NCBI RefSeq assembly: GCF_964204645.1
Contig: NC_134029.1
Coordinates: 4,464,001 to 4,528,000, forward strand
Direction: 5' to 3'
DNA from: Tubulanus polymorphus
Lineage: Eukaryota > Animalia > Nemertea
Length of the DNA: 64,000 nt
Positions 22,816-38,800 of this stretch are shown in pieces. Both the position numbers and the translations under genes were made by a program. Each line of letters begins with the position of its first letter. Position 1 is the first letter of the stretch. The notes beneath the pieces are model-generated. The model was given only the letters and a program-made list of their open reading frames with translations, was not told where the DNA came from and made no database searches.

Positions 22816-25800
22816 TAACTTACTGGTTTGGCTGAAAGTGAAATCAACTATTTTTCTAATTCCTACCGGAAAGCTCTTTTTCTTTTCAAGAATAAATGAT
22901 GCTGATGAATAGGAATCACTAAAATTTAGACTTTGTTACGAAATAAAGCTTCTTCACACTCATGAATAAGATCGGAATGCTGGAAGCCTGGATTTTTCCG
23001 AGTGGTCGTGGCTGGATGTTTTCACAATTCTAACGAGCTTGTCTCGATAAGCGTTAGCGGTAACCAAACGGATTTTTCGCAACGTTGCAAGGAAATTAGA
23101 GAGATACGCCAAACTAAACTTTCTACTAAATCTATTGTAATTGCTTTCTTTTCAAATGAAACTGCGGTCTTAAGGGTTTGATTGTTGAACGAATCCGGTA
23201 AAGTTAGTTTTTCCCACTTTCCTATTTTACGGGTATTTGAGCTTTTTTTGAGATATTCCCGTAGGCCCGCGTTACCGTATCCACCAAGGATGAAAATAAC
23301 AGACATACAGGATGATGCTAAATCCAATATCCCGTTGAGAACTAAGGTGGTTTATAGACATCACAATGCCAGTCGCATATATATAAAATAAAACCGAGTT
23401 CGTTAGAAATAGACAGCAGAGATCCTCTTCGAAGGTCTAAAACCTGTCGCGGTATAGCAGCGCATGGTAAAGCATTCGGTTTCCTACGTGTACTTAGAAT
23501 CAATGCCCACCATCTCTCTCGTCCCTCGGGGTTCCGTAATAAGACTCAATAACTACGCTTATAATGGGTTATAATTATATCAACTGTACATTTATCACCG
23601 CGCTCTATTCGTCTACGATGAGGCTTAGTCACCTGCTAGACGATTACATTATTCGGTAGTTAGTACGACCATCGTGTGGCGCGGTGACCGTCGTGTACTT
23701 GGTAGGACGGTTTTAGCGATGGCAAACACGTAGTGCACGCGCGATGACAGTCCCATCGCTAGCAATCTGTCTATCCCATGCGATCAATCCGTGGATTAAT
23801 CCACGCGAGAAGTCAAGGTTATTTTTAACGATTGTCGTCGTGTTTTCTGTGCGTATTCGAAAGATTTCCGAGGGAGTTTTTGAAGAGCAGCCGTTCGTGT
23901 CGTTTTGCGTGCTTCGCTTCATCCGAAATCTCTCGACTGTACACGAAGAAAAAAAGGAGAAATGGAACGGAAATCGAAAGAACATCCAAAATCTACCTAC
24001 AGCCGTCTTAGGTGTGCTCCAAGGGCTAAATCGGTTACCATGAGAACACCAGATGGAAAGAAATTGAGCGTGATGCTGTCAAATCTTCGATTTGCCCGAT
24101 GGTTCTCTCTGGGCGTTCGTTCAGCCTCGTGGGAAGTTGCGTCTTGTCATTTTCTCGGGTTTCGCTCGACAAACCTTTAAATAACATATGCTGATATTCT
24201 ACACTAACGCTGATTACACTTAAGCATTGAGACGACAGGTCCTCACCAAGTATCACGCATATACCCCATTCGTCAACGCGTACTAAATTTGAGCCAGATT
24301 CAAATGAGTCGACTAACCTTTCATCTCGGGAGAAATCCAATTACCTAAGAGTCAAGTTATAAATAGCTATCCCTGAAAGTTATACGCATTTTAAGGAAAG
24401 GGCACTGATACGAAAGAAAGAGAGAGTCAAGTGATTTAAAGCTAGTCTCGTCGATTTACAGTCGAATCATTACACCCGCAACACACATACAACACACAAA
24501 ACCGATGCCTTGCAATAATGACATCGAACAACTGAATTTGGGAATACGGGATTTGTTCTTTTTTTCTATTCATAACACAATCTCAATCCGTTTAAAAACA
24601 ACGGCAAGCCATCGTGAACAATGATTTCCCTGGCGGTGCTTGTACAATGGTTTTTGCTTCATTTATCAAAACCCGAATTGACGGCAACTCACCCGCGAAA
24701 ACAAATGAAATCATCAGAATCCAGGCATCATTTTTGTGCTTAGGGCTCCGATTCTTAAGTTAGCCAGGCAAAAAACCGATTTTCCAGCAGGGTTTAGCTA
24801 TACGGCATAGCTGTTTTCTTGCTAATTTCTGTGTCTATTTCAAATACATTCTCGAGGGAAGGTTTATGTTGGCCGCAGAAGGGAATCGTTACGCCAGTTT
24901 TGCCGATTCGATTCCGTGTACGTCTAATTTATATTCCAAAAGACTATAGGAAATCGATATGGTGGAATCAGATAACAATCTATTAGGTTTTCTCGACAAC
25001 TATTCTGTCATCTTATGCGTCTGGTTTGTATGCGGCTAGGCCCGTGTGATCGAATCCTGATCTTCACGACCGACCGGTGTCCTCGCTGAACTGAAGAAAC
25101 ATCATTTCGAGCTGAAAACGCGTCGTTTCTGAAACGGTGACGATATGCTGAAAGTTCGCTTAGGCGACGTTCATCCTGTGCTTTGATTTCTAATCATTGC
25201 AGAAATATGCATTTTTTTTTAATAAGTACATTCGATTCAATATACAGTCTCGACATCATTTCTATTATACTTGGAGTTTTATATATCAAGATATTATTCA
25301 GACAATATTGACGCGTGTTACAGCATCTTGATCTGCTTATCCGAATCTGAGCGTAGATAATTGCAATATCTTCCACACTTCCACACTGCAAAAGATATCT
25401 TCAGTCTAAATAAGAACTATATAATACCCACGCCTCTGTAATAATCTCCTTTTTTTACCCGAAATATATTATATATCGGTTGAAACTTTGCCAACTAGTC
25501 GGGCGACAATACGTAAATAATTGAACACGAATACAGTCGGCTATTCGCATAACGCGCCTGTCTCGTAAAAAGTCGTCGAAAGCGAAACGAATACATAAAA
25601 ACTGCCACCGAATGCTACAGAAATGAAAATGACGACCCCCCTACGAAGCAATCCAACTTATCGTGTCTATCATTTTTATAACCGCCGCACTCTGGATTAT
25701 GGCCTATCATTTCAATGATAACATAACCGCGATATGACTTGCTCTCTTCTATATTACGTTCTTGCTTGGTGGTATGATAATTAATAAATCTCCACTCTCG

Positions 25801-28800
25801 AATGGTGTTGACACAAGTCTCGATGTCTAAATCAGATTATAGACACTGGGAGAAACTTGATTTTGCTATGTACCGGATGAACTGTCGATATTACTGTTCA
25901 CCATAACTGCTGATCTCTGATACAAGTGTCATAAGCATCTCGTTTAACACCGATTTATCTATCTCTGACCCTCTCTTATTATCAATGGAGCTGAACTTAT
26001 CTGCCAACCAAAACGGCCATGACTCACCGCAATTATGTGGTTAAAGATATCCCATTTCATTCAAAACTTCATTAGACTTTAGCACTATTTAGTCTGAAAT
26101 CGATGAAGTACTGGAATCGAAAGCCAATTCGATGATTCATGTCAAAGACTTTATGATACTTGGCTGCTGGTCGAGGCATACGCATTAACCTACTGACGTA
26201 TAGGTTGATTCGATCGGGATTCACACATTACAGGGTACATTAAATTCTCTGGAGTCCCTGCGGATTCTAGTAGAAAAAAGATACATGTAAACGAATTTGA
26301 ATTTTAAACGCATCCGTTTTTAACCGTCGCACGGAAGTGATGCAATTTTCGTCTGCCGGTACCTGACTAGAATGCTTAATCTAATATAACACGATTAGCT
26401 ATAATTTCCCCCAGCCGATAGCGTTTTCGATTAGAATTTAGATTTTAATTGGCACTTGGTGTTCCAATGAATTATCCATGTTCGCCCACTTTAACTCGTT
26501 TAGCTATGATTGCCATTGACTACGTACGTCTGGAAACAATGGCGGACCCGTCACGAGTGTGTGTGAGTTTTGATTCAATTATTCCGATGACGTTTTGGCC
26601 GCCGTGTTGGCGAATATCGGTTATTCATTTACTGGCGCAGTTAACGTAAAGCCAGCCGATCATCGACCCTCCTACGAGAATCGTCGACCGGCTAAACTGA
26701 AATGAATTAGATAGTATTTTTTTTCTGAGGTACACACAAACACAGTTACGAACAAAAACTGGACGTATGGAAATCTATGGGTTAAGTTTGAGGAGGGGAA
26801 CTTTTCGAAACAAAAATGGGTAACAAATCCACTGACACGTCACTCCATAATCAATGGCTCTATACGCGAAATAGAGTTTATGAAAACTACAATACTGATG
26901 ACACGCAACTATCGTCTGTTTGCTAATTGAAAATTATTTCTAAGACAGACAAAGAGCAACTGTCCACTTCAATCGATTAAGTCTTTTGTAACTTGGCTCG
27001 ATGTTCATACGAGCAACTAGTTAAAGACTTTTTAATGCCTTCGCGGTGCAACTCGAAACTTGATGAAATGAGCAATTACGACTCTTTGCTTGCGAGGAAT
27101 ATTCGGCTATACGACGGTGAGTTAACCGGTTTATCGCCGGGTGATGTGGAAATGGGGTTTTACACTCGAAAATCTGCCACCAATAATCCATCAGTAATTG
27201 CGTTAACGGGAATTCAAGTGAAGTCAGATGGTAATACGGAATAATTAGATATTCGCTATGTAATCCTGTATCGGCAAGTCGTCAGTAACCGGTGCCCGTT
27301 CCGCTACTTACTTTAATTACAACGGTTATCAACGATTCGGCGAAGCACGAGGATTGGGAATCAGGTCCAGCTGAATTAATACGCCACAGTGCTATGGATT
27401 CGAGTATCGAATTGTCTTCACAACCTAAGAACTTTGCTCCTATTTCGTGACGTGTCATTGCAACAAAAGTCGGCTACAAACATTTTCGAACCGAAATGAT
27501 ATTACCTCGGCACTTATAACGAATTAAGCATCCAGGAAATGTTGTTTTTTTCGATCAGATTTTTGTATGATACGCATGCACATAGTCATGTTCTCTCCGC
27601 CCGAAAGCCGTTTTTTACTTCGCGAAAAAACAATCCCATATCATATCGCTAGAACAAAAGCTCTTAAAAATTGTATACTATACGTATATTACGCATTAGT
27701 ATAGCGCGTATGTATTGCTTTTTTGAAGTGATGTTTCATTTCACGAAATATATCCACTTCATTCATTTTACAACCGCTGAATCAGAGCCTTCGAAATAAT
27801 CTATAATTCACCATCGAGTCGGGGTCGTAAAATGGTCGAAAATAATAGCGACGAAGATGATTACATTCTAGTCCTTCGGGGTTGGGTGTTAATGCAACGT
27901 ACCGTTCCATGTACAACACCATGCATTTACTTACTGTAAATTGCATTAAAAAGGCACTAATCGTTTTAGAGTCCATGATTGTACGACGAATTTTTTGCGT
28001 AAGACGGAACCAAGTTCCAATAAGGGCTTTCTAATGAGTGCTTGCGTCACGTACTATATGTTATATATATAGATCTAAAAATCGTTATGTCAAAGTTGTA
28101 GTTGCGGCAATACACGTATTCGATTTGCAATCATTTTTTAGGCGTGCAGTGCAGACTATATAATTGATCTCACAGGCAAAAAAGGATTGATTTGGTCGTT
28201 GGTAACCGAACCTAGGCCCCTAATACTTGCTATTAACCAGCAAAAACTCCTGAAACCAGATACGTGTTTTCGATAAGTGGTCTCTCCGATCTATAGCGAT
28301 TTATGATATGTGGTTATTCAGTATTTCGAAGTCAGCATCGTATACGCGAAAAATCCTTTTCAATCAATGCGAAATCTCTACACAAATTTCCCATTCGAGT
28401 TTGTGATTTTTTTAGCGCGCCGAATCTCACGCGAAATATCGCGTAAAATATTGCTTTCTCTCTTCTCCGGAATACCGGAAATAAAAGCCTGACAAAAATA
28501 GTTTTCGAGAGTAGGCAATATCCGATCAATGGGGCATGTAGTTCCTGTGGTAGGGTCACATGTAAACAAGGCAAACCTTTTAGTGTCGCTGACTGATTCG
28601 GTTGTACACGCAATCCTATATTTACAAAAAAAGAACAAACCATAATACCGTTGTTGAAAATTTTGAGCGGATATGGAAAAGTATAGCATTAATTAAGGGG
28701 AAAGCGTAGTAAAATGTGAATTTTAGATGTGAATTTCCACAATGTGAATTTAAGTGTGAATTTCTAACTCGCTAACTACACAATTTCGATCGAATACGTC

Positions 28801-31800
28801 AATCATCATTTTCAATAAAAAGCATTCAAACTTAAAGGTAGAGGTTACGCGTCATTTCAAAACGACACATTTAGACCGTCAATTGATAACCAGCAATTAC
28901 AACCCATTACTCGGCTGTATACGTAATGTCTTCTTCTCAATCCATAAAACATGTCTACAAAATAATGTATAGTTAATGTATATTGTACGTGTTTTTTTTT
29001 GTGTATACGATTGAACACTTCTACTACCATTACACGAACTCCTAAAAATCTTTGTCGTAAATTTTAAGTTTTTTATTCGACAAATTTACGTCAATATTTC
29101 AAACGTTTTGCGCGCACAAAGACGCGTTAAAATCGACATAAATTCAGTGAGCGATTTCTGGAAATTTCTGTGCGAATCGTTTGTATCCGCGGGTTTCAAC
29201 CCTCTTCCAAGATAAAAACTATATAAAAAGTTTATTTGAAGACAAAAGAGAGCAAATGGACGTATTATTAATTGATTCCCGGCAAATGACGTTTTTAGCC
29301 ATTTCCAAACTACCGACGCACCCAAATAACTTGATTATCCAAACGCTGCTTTTCCCTCCATCGATTACCAAACTTCTGACGTCACGATGCTCTTGAAATA
29401 CGACGTATTGTTTTCGTGGTCATGGCACGTGATTCGAATGGCGAGTTCCGCCATCAAGCTCTACCGCAGCTAGTTACACTAGTCGTCTAAATATCTCCCG
29501 AGTGACATACATCTTTACACGGTGTTGTTGCTTTGTAAAAGGCGGTTGCAGAGACTAGTTAACATTTGAATAACGAGGACTTTTTCTTGCCAGATACAAA
29601 ATTACAAACCTGATGGAATGACAGCTTTCGACACCCGTTCTATACGCATATAGTCCGGGGAGTGCAACGTGTTCGTCAACCACCCACAGCTCCATAACTA
29701 CACGTTATCTTCAAGTTGAATTGAATGTTTCCCCTGAAAAGTTTTTGTTTGTCCTCGTGGATATTCCATCATACGCATCAATAAAACGAGAAGACTTGAT
29801 GGCGTTGCTTTGTTAAATTCCACGACCTCCGAGAGCAAAGCTTCTACGCATTTGATGTTTTCCATACCTAAAAGGAAGAATACATCGTCTTTTGGGGTTG
29901 TGCGGCAAAATGAGATCAGAGTCTAATTTGAAGATGTTTACCACGAATCGAAATGTCAAGGTGCACATTGAAAATACTTCAAAATGTAAACATATCGTTT
30001 TAATTTGTATATGGCCTTTGGTTGAATGTATTTGATTATGATTTCCTTTTTAAATTCTAAACGCGAATCTCATGATCTGGCCATTAAGTGTATCAAGGTC
30101 AGAAATGAGAGTGACGTCACATAAATCTATAAACTTTATCCAGCAAGGTCTAGGTCATTAAATTGACGTGTTACATTATCTCAACATTATTGTTTCTTGT
30201 AAACCGTTTTACGCAGGTCGATATTGACGGGTAGATTTTATCTCATACATACACCATTAGTTTTAACGGGTTCTTACAATCCCCTTGTGTTTATGTGATA
30301 TACACGCGTGTGATGGTATCAGCGATGAACCGTAATGAAAATATCCGACGCTCCGTCTTATGTTGATCAATAAGTACATGTCACGCGCATCAGATTCATC
30401 GATATGTGAAAAAATCCTCATGATTTAGGACATTAAATATTCCGCAAAGAGCAATCAAGTTCGAAGATGTCATTTCCGAATTATTGGGATTCGACCGTGC
30501 AAACTAAGGGTGAGCGCAAAAAAAAATATGATGAATCTAAATAGCATTTTAAAGAAATGTGTAAGACGTCGGTGTTCCGACATCAATGTTGATTGACTTT
30601 CAATTCAAAATTCAAATGGATCTAAATGACCGTTATAGTGGTGGATGATTAAAGCGCGTATTGTCTGACAGTTTCGGAGTTTATCTTAAACTCTATCATC
30701 AGAGAAATCAAAATTACAAAGAATTAACGATAGACGCTTTAATATCAACTATTACCCTAAAAACTAGGGTTTTTACTTGTTAATTACAACGACATTAGAT
30801 TCGACATTTCTAAGCATATACGATAGCTTCTAGTGAAATCGCAGCTAATGACGTTTGCGAGAGCCCTGGAAAAACATTCATTCGATTATCCATCAATAAG
30901 TGACGCATCATTAAAGAAGTGATCTGCTCGGCGTAACAAACACAAACAGCACAGATCTATAGCCAGACGACTGAATAACTGGAGTAGAAAACATGAAAGG
31001 TCATCTGAACGTATAGAATGGAAATATAAGCGCAATGGCCGACGAGTCGTTAGGCCATCAGTTTTCACTTGGCGGCAAACTCCCCTGTACATATAAAGTG
31101 GCTAGAGGGAATATAGATAAGAAAACGAACGTATATGTCAATACTATCCCCACACAGATTATTTTTCTACACATCAACTTTCTCCGGAAAACATCAGCTT
31201 CTCTCCACTCGTAATGACACACTTCTTACAAAAATATAAAACACCTACTGCATTTTGCCGATTTTATCTTCGGGGTTTTATATCATGTTCTAATCAAGGT
31301 ATCCACTTATCTATACAGAGAGAAAGCGAGTGTGGGTGGTCTGTGTGTCTTTTACATTTCGAGTTGGTACGACAAGAATCGGTCTAGATTTTACCAATGT
31401 AAACAGATCTTGTCATGAATATAAACCGTGAGCGTGCTTTTTATTCTTATTCATGTCTGAAGTGATGTAATAACGTTAGCGGCTCGGATACGGTTATCGG
31501 AATGACGGTCGACCAACTTCGGTTTCTTTTAAAAGCGAATATTCAAAAAAACAATATTGGTCTAAGCGGAGAGCTTCGCGACTCCCATGCGTTGACCACA
31601 TTACGTGTTGAGAGTGTAAATGCGGTCCGGTGTTTCCCGATACAAGTCATCCGTGTTTACATACTCCACAATGTTGTCACGAGCATTCTCCCGCACTCAG
31701 GTATCCCCCATCTTGATCAAACTCTGTTTTTGATTTTCGTTTAAAATTCCGCCATCATTTTGTTTGCGTAAGAGAGGAGGAAGCAGAGCTGGAAATCTAT

Positions 31801-34800
31801 ACAGATTATACCTACTCTCGCTCAGAGCTTGGAGTTGTGTAAATACATCCCTCACAGGTGAACGATATCTTCGAAATTAAATTTCAAATTGTTTACGGCC
31901 GCGATTATATTACGACAATATTGCCTATAATTCAGACTCATCAGATTTCGCTACCATCTATCACGACGGTGATAAACTCCGGATGGGTCGAGTCCGCAGC
32001 AATTTCAGACTAAACGAGTCAAATAGACGCAATATGAAATTATCCGCGGGCGACATTTGTTATTCGGTTATAACACTGACAAGGTGTAACGTATAATGTG
32101 ATAAATGGATCTTCGGAGACCGGCGCGTGTACGACGTTCCTGGTGTATTACCTGATCGAACGAACTATACTTGCACTTCATCCATTCATCGGTAGACTTA
32201 ATCGTCGTACATCACTCTCTTTTTACAATCTCATCAATTTGTCTTGTCGATAAATCTTTGCCACCGTGTAATTTGTGCGCGAATTCTCGATGGTCTCGCT
32301 AAAACGTCTGCGAATATCATGTCTTCCATAGATCTATATTCTTAATGCTATAATATGTCTCTCAGACTATATGGCATTAGATGCCGCATATTAATGAGTA
32401 TGTCTAAAAAGTACTGAAAGTAAGGGTTTATTGTATTGGACTTATTTTTTCCATATAACATGCTCTCAGAAGTAAATCAGCTCATGCATTTTAGATACGA
32501 CATCGTTATCATATGTAGTTACATAAGGATCAGACATTCATTTTCTTTCAACGCATGTTCCTATAAGGAAGGAAACTACCCAAAAACCAGCCGCACTTGC
32601 AGTCTACTGTAACCTGCGTAACCAAACACAGTTTGTTTGCTAGCCGTTACACACGGATGTCGGGGTTACCCAGGAGGATGCTCAGCTTCCTTCGAACAAT
32701 ATCCGGACGATAACGGTTCGTGCGAAAGTTACCCAGATAGCGATATCCGCTGTTGGCCTGTAATGACGCCCAATCCTAGCCTTGCACTCGCACCTAATAT
32801 ACGCCTTTCGGTTAACCAGGCTGGTTCGAGTTGGTTAATCAAGAAGCTCATCCAGCGCACTCTTACGCAACTCGTTGCGCAGACGAGAGAAAGTAGAGAT
32901 GTTATTGGTTATCAAATTAAAGCCAAAGTGTGATAAATTATGTCTTGCGGTTGGTCAAGTGGAACATAAGACGCGTCGAGAAGTGATTACTGGAATTAAT
33001 CCGCATGTTCTCTCTCCCTCTCTCTCTTTCTCGCAGCTCGCTGTGTGCTTCGGAATATGTATACATGTTTACTGAGCTAGAAATCATCTGAGAACTCTTC
33101 AGCTTTATATCATATACGACAATCGACGCAATAAGACAATTTGTTTTTTTTTATTTCGATTGAAATTAAATACGCCCTATATATTCAATATATATACGTA
33201 AGATAAATCGCCGGCGTGATTATCGATATAGAGTTAGACGCATTGATGGGTGTAGTGTTGCCACCATCCACTGCATTACGTATATCGTGGGCGTGTATTT
33301 GGAACTTCGTTGTTGCAGCAATTAGTTCTATTGTATTTGATATACGCGTTGTATAATATGCTATATAAGTAGATAAATACGGCTAGATGATATGATATCC
33401 TGTTATGTGTGTGTATACTGTTATTTACTTTAAGGCATTATGATGCAATCATAGAAAATGTGCATGGAAAAAATCATAAATCAGTTAATAATACATTATT
33501 TACCCTGCGGATACAAAAGCTCCTCAGTAAAACCTGTTATCATCTCACCCTCATCGCTAACAACCAGTCTGGATTTTAGACATTTCGTGACGCAAAAGTT
33601 TTATTAGGCCAGTTATAACCGGAATTCTAGGCCAATTTAAATCAAGTGAACCTACCCCGGCGACCAGGTAAAAACCCGACTATACAGTCGACCCCTGATT
33701 TACACAACTTCTATCTTTTCATGTGTTTCGCTATTTTCTGATATTTCATTCAATATTAGTGCCTTTCGATTGGGCGTATTTCGTTTTCTCAGTGATAAAT
33801 CCATAAAGTCTAGTAGTAGTATGGAACAGGTTAGAAACTGCCCTCGAACGATTTACTAAAACTAACACCTATTTTTCCAATAGAAATAGAACGCCATAGG
33901 TTTGTATTGTTATTATGTCCGCGTCGATATTAAATTGCCTTAAGTTTAATACAGTCCACCCTCACACCTTTTAAAATGAATGCATTGATTTACGCATATA
34001 TCAAAGCCGTACGAACACACTCACTCATGATACGCGGGCGCCTTCGATTGAAACGGTTTTTGCTAGATTAATTTCGCAGTGAATTATTATAGTATGCGCG
34101 TTTAATAAAACCATCGTCGACAGGGCGACACGAGTAGACTCTGAAACACTAAAACAAAAGCAATCAATTTTTTTATTAAACGAAGACCGGCGCAGTCGGA
34201 GTATATGTGATCGAACCGATTCGCTTTCACATCTGAATTTACCAGAAGATCATAAAAACCCGAAATGTCATCTTTTAATTTCATTTCGTCTCTACATCTC
34301 CAGTACTCAGAAAATCTATCTCGGAGTCAGGATTAGAAATAGAATCAGATATGAGTTGCTAATAACCGAATTTACAATAGCAATAGAATTGTTTTCAAAA
34401 TGTAAGACCAGTCATGACCGTTTTGGTTCTCTGGTCCAGTTACATGGACTTACGGTAACTCCCAACGATGACGAAAATCCAAATATCTGACAGGCGCGTT
34501 GGAAGCAATATTTACTTCAATTTCTTCAAAAACATGGTATACATCCAAAGAAAGGATAAGTCATTCAGCCCAAATAAGATGTGGCAAGCTCAATTCAAGC
34601 CTTGATTCTTAACTGGCTCCTATGCGTTGATATTTCATCAAGACCATGTTATTTGGAGTTAAATTCTGATCTCGCAACCACTACTAACGATATACGAGAA
34701 TAAAGTGAGGATTTGTAGTGCGATTGACAATAACAGTGTCGGGAACAATCGGGAATTCCGAACATTCCGTAAAAGCATTTCACGAAGCTAATTCCATTCA

Positions 34801-35705
34801 TCACGAGGAAACGTACAGCGTTACAGCGAGTGTAACCGCTATTAATAAATACAGAGTTATATTGAAGCGACGATATATTATCAGACATATGCAGCTAGGA
34901 AGCAAATATTAATCTGATTTGAGCTATTGATTCCGGATCTTGTTGCTCTTTGCGAGAAAATAATATTCATTGAGCGCCATGTGAAAAAACGCAACCGTGT
35001 TGGTTCTTAGTCGATAAGGTGCCGCGGGATGAATTTACCGTTTCTGGGTATAGCTGCAACATTTGCGCTACTGTATTTCAACTCATTTGCCATTTTCCTG
35101 ACTTGAAAAAGGCTCAAACCCTACGGCTTATGTAGTCATCCTTTGTATTCTACTTTATCTAAAAGTCAAATACACATTTGATACGTGCAGTTGATCCCGT
35201 CGGCAAAGCGCAGTCGGTGGAAAAAATTATCATTTTTTTCAGGAAATGATCGTATCTTTGTTTTGGGGGTAGAATTCTTCTAAATCGATATCGAGCAATT
35301 AGGTACTCGCATACACATACGGGAAAAATCGATAAAACAAAAAATTAACTTTCCTTTGCCTGGAAGCCAAACTAGCAAAATCCAATATAAACCTTTCACA
35401 TCACTTCTAATTAAACCGGCCCTATTATAGTTTAGTTTAAGGAGTCTTACGTACTGCTCTAATTGGATGCATATCGAGTACGACCTTTTATGAGTTGCCT
35501 TATAGATTTTTTCCGGGGGTTTTGATTTTTTATTTGATCACCGACCGTTCTGCATAAAGCCATATTGATTCTACGCAGTAGCGTCTACGGCGATTTTGTA
35601 GGTCTATCGTATGCAAATAAAAATCACTCATATTTAATCAAGAAAACGCTTTATTAACGAAGCAAATGAACGGCTGTCAAAACCAATTGAATTTCACGCA
35701 ATCAG

Positions 35706-35897
35706 AAACGGGCGACACGCTCATTCCAGACTGGGATTCGAACCCGATTTCAATTGATCTGCGTGTTTGCGTATACGTATCGCGAAATAACCATAACTAA
35801 ACCTCATTTGCATATCATTTGAAAAACGGCACGAAACGGGATTCGAACTCGATTTCATCTAATCGTGCGTGTACGTATCACGAAATAACCATGACTA
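35706..35897. repeat. Diverged tandem duplication containing GGGATTCGAAC (reverse B-box-like)
   Basis: GGGATTCGAAC(C/T)CGATTTCA...TGCGTGT...ACGTATC(G/A)CGAAATAACCAT(A/G)ACTA occurs twice. Confidence 0.7.
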
Positions 35898-38800
35898 TCT
35901 AGAAAAAAAGAAAAACGACACGTTATCCAGTCGTTTTCGTGAGGCAGATTGTATCGTTTCGCTCTAGGTAGTTCCGCCGATTTCTGTGCTAATCAAACGA
36001 GAACTATGTTGAGCTGGAGGAAAGTGCGCTCATTATAAATGGTCGCGACATATTTTCGTTCAGTTTTGATATTCCTGTCTGATGGCTCTGTGTCTATCGA
36101 TGTATGCGCAACTCTTTCCCCCGACGGACGCCGTGCATTTGCTTGATTGACTCGAACAAAAACACCCCAGGCACGATTTTTGTTCTTTCGACACTGACTT
36201 TTCCTGTTGTAAAAGCGGCTTATACGATTTCTGCTGCAACTGATGAGGAGGAAAAATGAATACGCGCATTTACTAACGCTCCCGTGACGTAAGCTGTCAA
36301 TATCTCATCGCAAAGCGAGATGAAATATTCGAAATTCAGGAGAAAATCTAATGGAATCCTCTGGTGGCGATTTACTGGCCGTTCGTAGAATAAATCCTTA
36401 AACATTTTTCTTCCGCTTACACATGCGGTGCAGATCTAAACGAGCGTATTTTTCTATCGGTAATTTCGTATTGCGACTGGCGTCTTTCTGGGGGAAATGC
36501 GATGTCTTTCGCGAACAATGCTGTTCTGTCCAAGTATAAATAAGTATACGGATAATGACAGGATTTCTCGTCCTTTGAGGACAACGGGATTCATACCAAA
36601 CAATGCCCTCTTCATCGATTCATACTGTTCTTCATGTTGTCGATAGGAAAAATAATGACAGCAAATTATACAACTCCACAGTAGCCAGTTAACTCAGCCG
36701 ACATTTGGCAATATTTTCCTTTTCGGTGCGTTATTTGACTCTTGCGGTCCCCGTAGTTCGTTGTAACTACGTATGACGGCAATATCACGCCCTGAATCTT
36801 AAAACAAACTGTTCGTCTTCTTCAAATCGACGCGTAGTTGTCTGTGTGAAATATAAGATGTCATCCATCAGTGGCATCTGTGTCGATTCCCGCCTTCTTT
36901 ACTTCATTAATCATAGCTTGTCGTGTCCAACTGGATGTACTATACGTGCTTGTAGAGACCCCCAGAGACGAAAAGCAATTAACGACTTTTTACTCGAGAA
37001 ATTCGACATAAAATCAAAATCCGCAATGACGAATCGTCTTCGGATTGCGAATGCTTGAATATCCATTTGGGCTACGCTAGAAATTGTCATTTCACTCCGC
37101 TTCGTATTTACGGGCGTTAGCCCGTGCGTAAATTGCCTCTTCAATGCGAACAGGTTCACGTGCATCTGATATAGGGTTACCAAACCGAAGATACATTCAG
37201 TTGCGTTGTTACCACGAATGTACTATTTCTTTAAAACCGATAGTTCAATATTCCTTATCTAGTTCAACGCTTCCGTTTGTCATATCCGATGAATCATTAG
37301 AACCCAAGTTCGTGATAAAAATGTGCCGCTGTGTTGATTCTGCAGCGTCACTGGCGGAATGTTTGTTTTCTTGCTAGTCTTTATTTTGTTTAACTCGATG
37401 GAAACCCGAGCTGCGCGTATTTCATAGCCTATAACAAGTACCCGAGGGCTGGAAAGCACTCGAATCAAACTGATTTAAATTGATCGAAAATTATTTCTGC
37501 TATTAATAATAGACATATACTGCTGCTTATCGTGTACGTATCGAGGGTTTATCATCTGTTTAATAAGCCTCGGTTATCCATCTGCCGATTGCGCAATCAG
37601 AAATGTACTCGATTCGGCTTTCTCTCGATATTTCAAGTATCTTACGCTCGCTAACAAGATGTTGAGAGCGTTTCAAGAATTTATCGTTACGGGCGCAAAC
37701 GACTTGCATTTCGAGTAATCGTTCTACTGCGTTAGTTGCCGAAATGCCATCATTAAATAAAGTTTCCAGGGTCCTTCTATTTCCCTAATTTAACTTCGTT
37801 TGTGAAATGAAAAAAAAATACAGTAGGCTGCCTTCAGGGAATGTTCACGAGAAGCACTAGCTATAGGCCTAGATGATAGTACTGTTTAGATGTTTTTGAT
37901 CGAGACTCGAGTCATACGCGGAAATCAATATTTTGAGAGTTTGAGGGATGGCTTTAAGCAAATAAACACCAGTTTCTGTCAATCGATATTATACAAAGCG
38001 CTTTGATCGACATTGCAGGCCGCTTCGATCACCAATTATCGCTATCAGAAGTCTTCAAATGATTTAACCTCGAAAATCGATAAGGCGTCCTAGAATGAAC
38101 AGAAAATCTAAAATCACACGAATGTCGTGATTTTAAGATAAACGACATCATGATGTATACTGATTAATGAGAACCGATTGATGACGTTCACTGCCCAAAC
38201 ATTCTCAAAGAAGTTGCCCTCGACTAATGGGCAGTTCAGTTTGCATAGAACACTACGTAATCACGTGACCTTGTGAAGGACGCAATTTGTCGGACGTCTG
38301 CGTTGTTAAAGGGTTTCAGAAATCGATTGATTTTACGTCACGCGATCACCATGTCCCAATCAACGATCGGCGGCTCATCGTCAAGCGCTATAATTCTTGT
38401 CACATCACATCCCAAATACGTGAAGTGGGTCCAGCACCTCGTTATTCCAACCAAAAATAAACACTTATGGCTGCAACGCGTCCCTCGGCGACGATCGATC
38501 CTCTATTTTTGCCCGAAGCTAAACTAAATAGCTGCATAATAATCGATTATAAGCGTACATTGGCGTTTTGAAATAGTACGCTGCCATCTCGCAAGGCTTT
38601 AGAACCTCTGGACATGGGTGTGGATGATAGTAGGGACTTAATGATCCAGACACATTTAACCTAATGTTGTTTATTTGAGGACCGAATTTTCTTGTTGTTT
38701 ACATGTATATCATACGTACGCTGATAGTACATGTATATGCAGAATCCCACATTAATGATGAAAAATGAAGTCCGGAAGATGTCTTCTTCAGGAATACTGA

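Noticed and set aside
35732-35850. tRNA gene suggested by GGGATTCGAACCC (also at about 4445)
   Set aside because: No cloverleaf or A-box could be built. At most it is a SINE-like remnant.
36060-37468. Cluster of short ORFs suggesting a decayed gene or retroelement
   Set aside because: The frames I translated contain frequent stops and no recognisable RT, transposase or other motifs.
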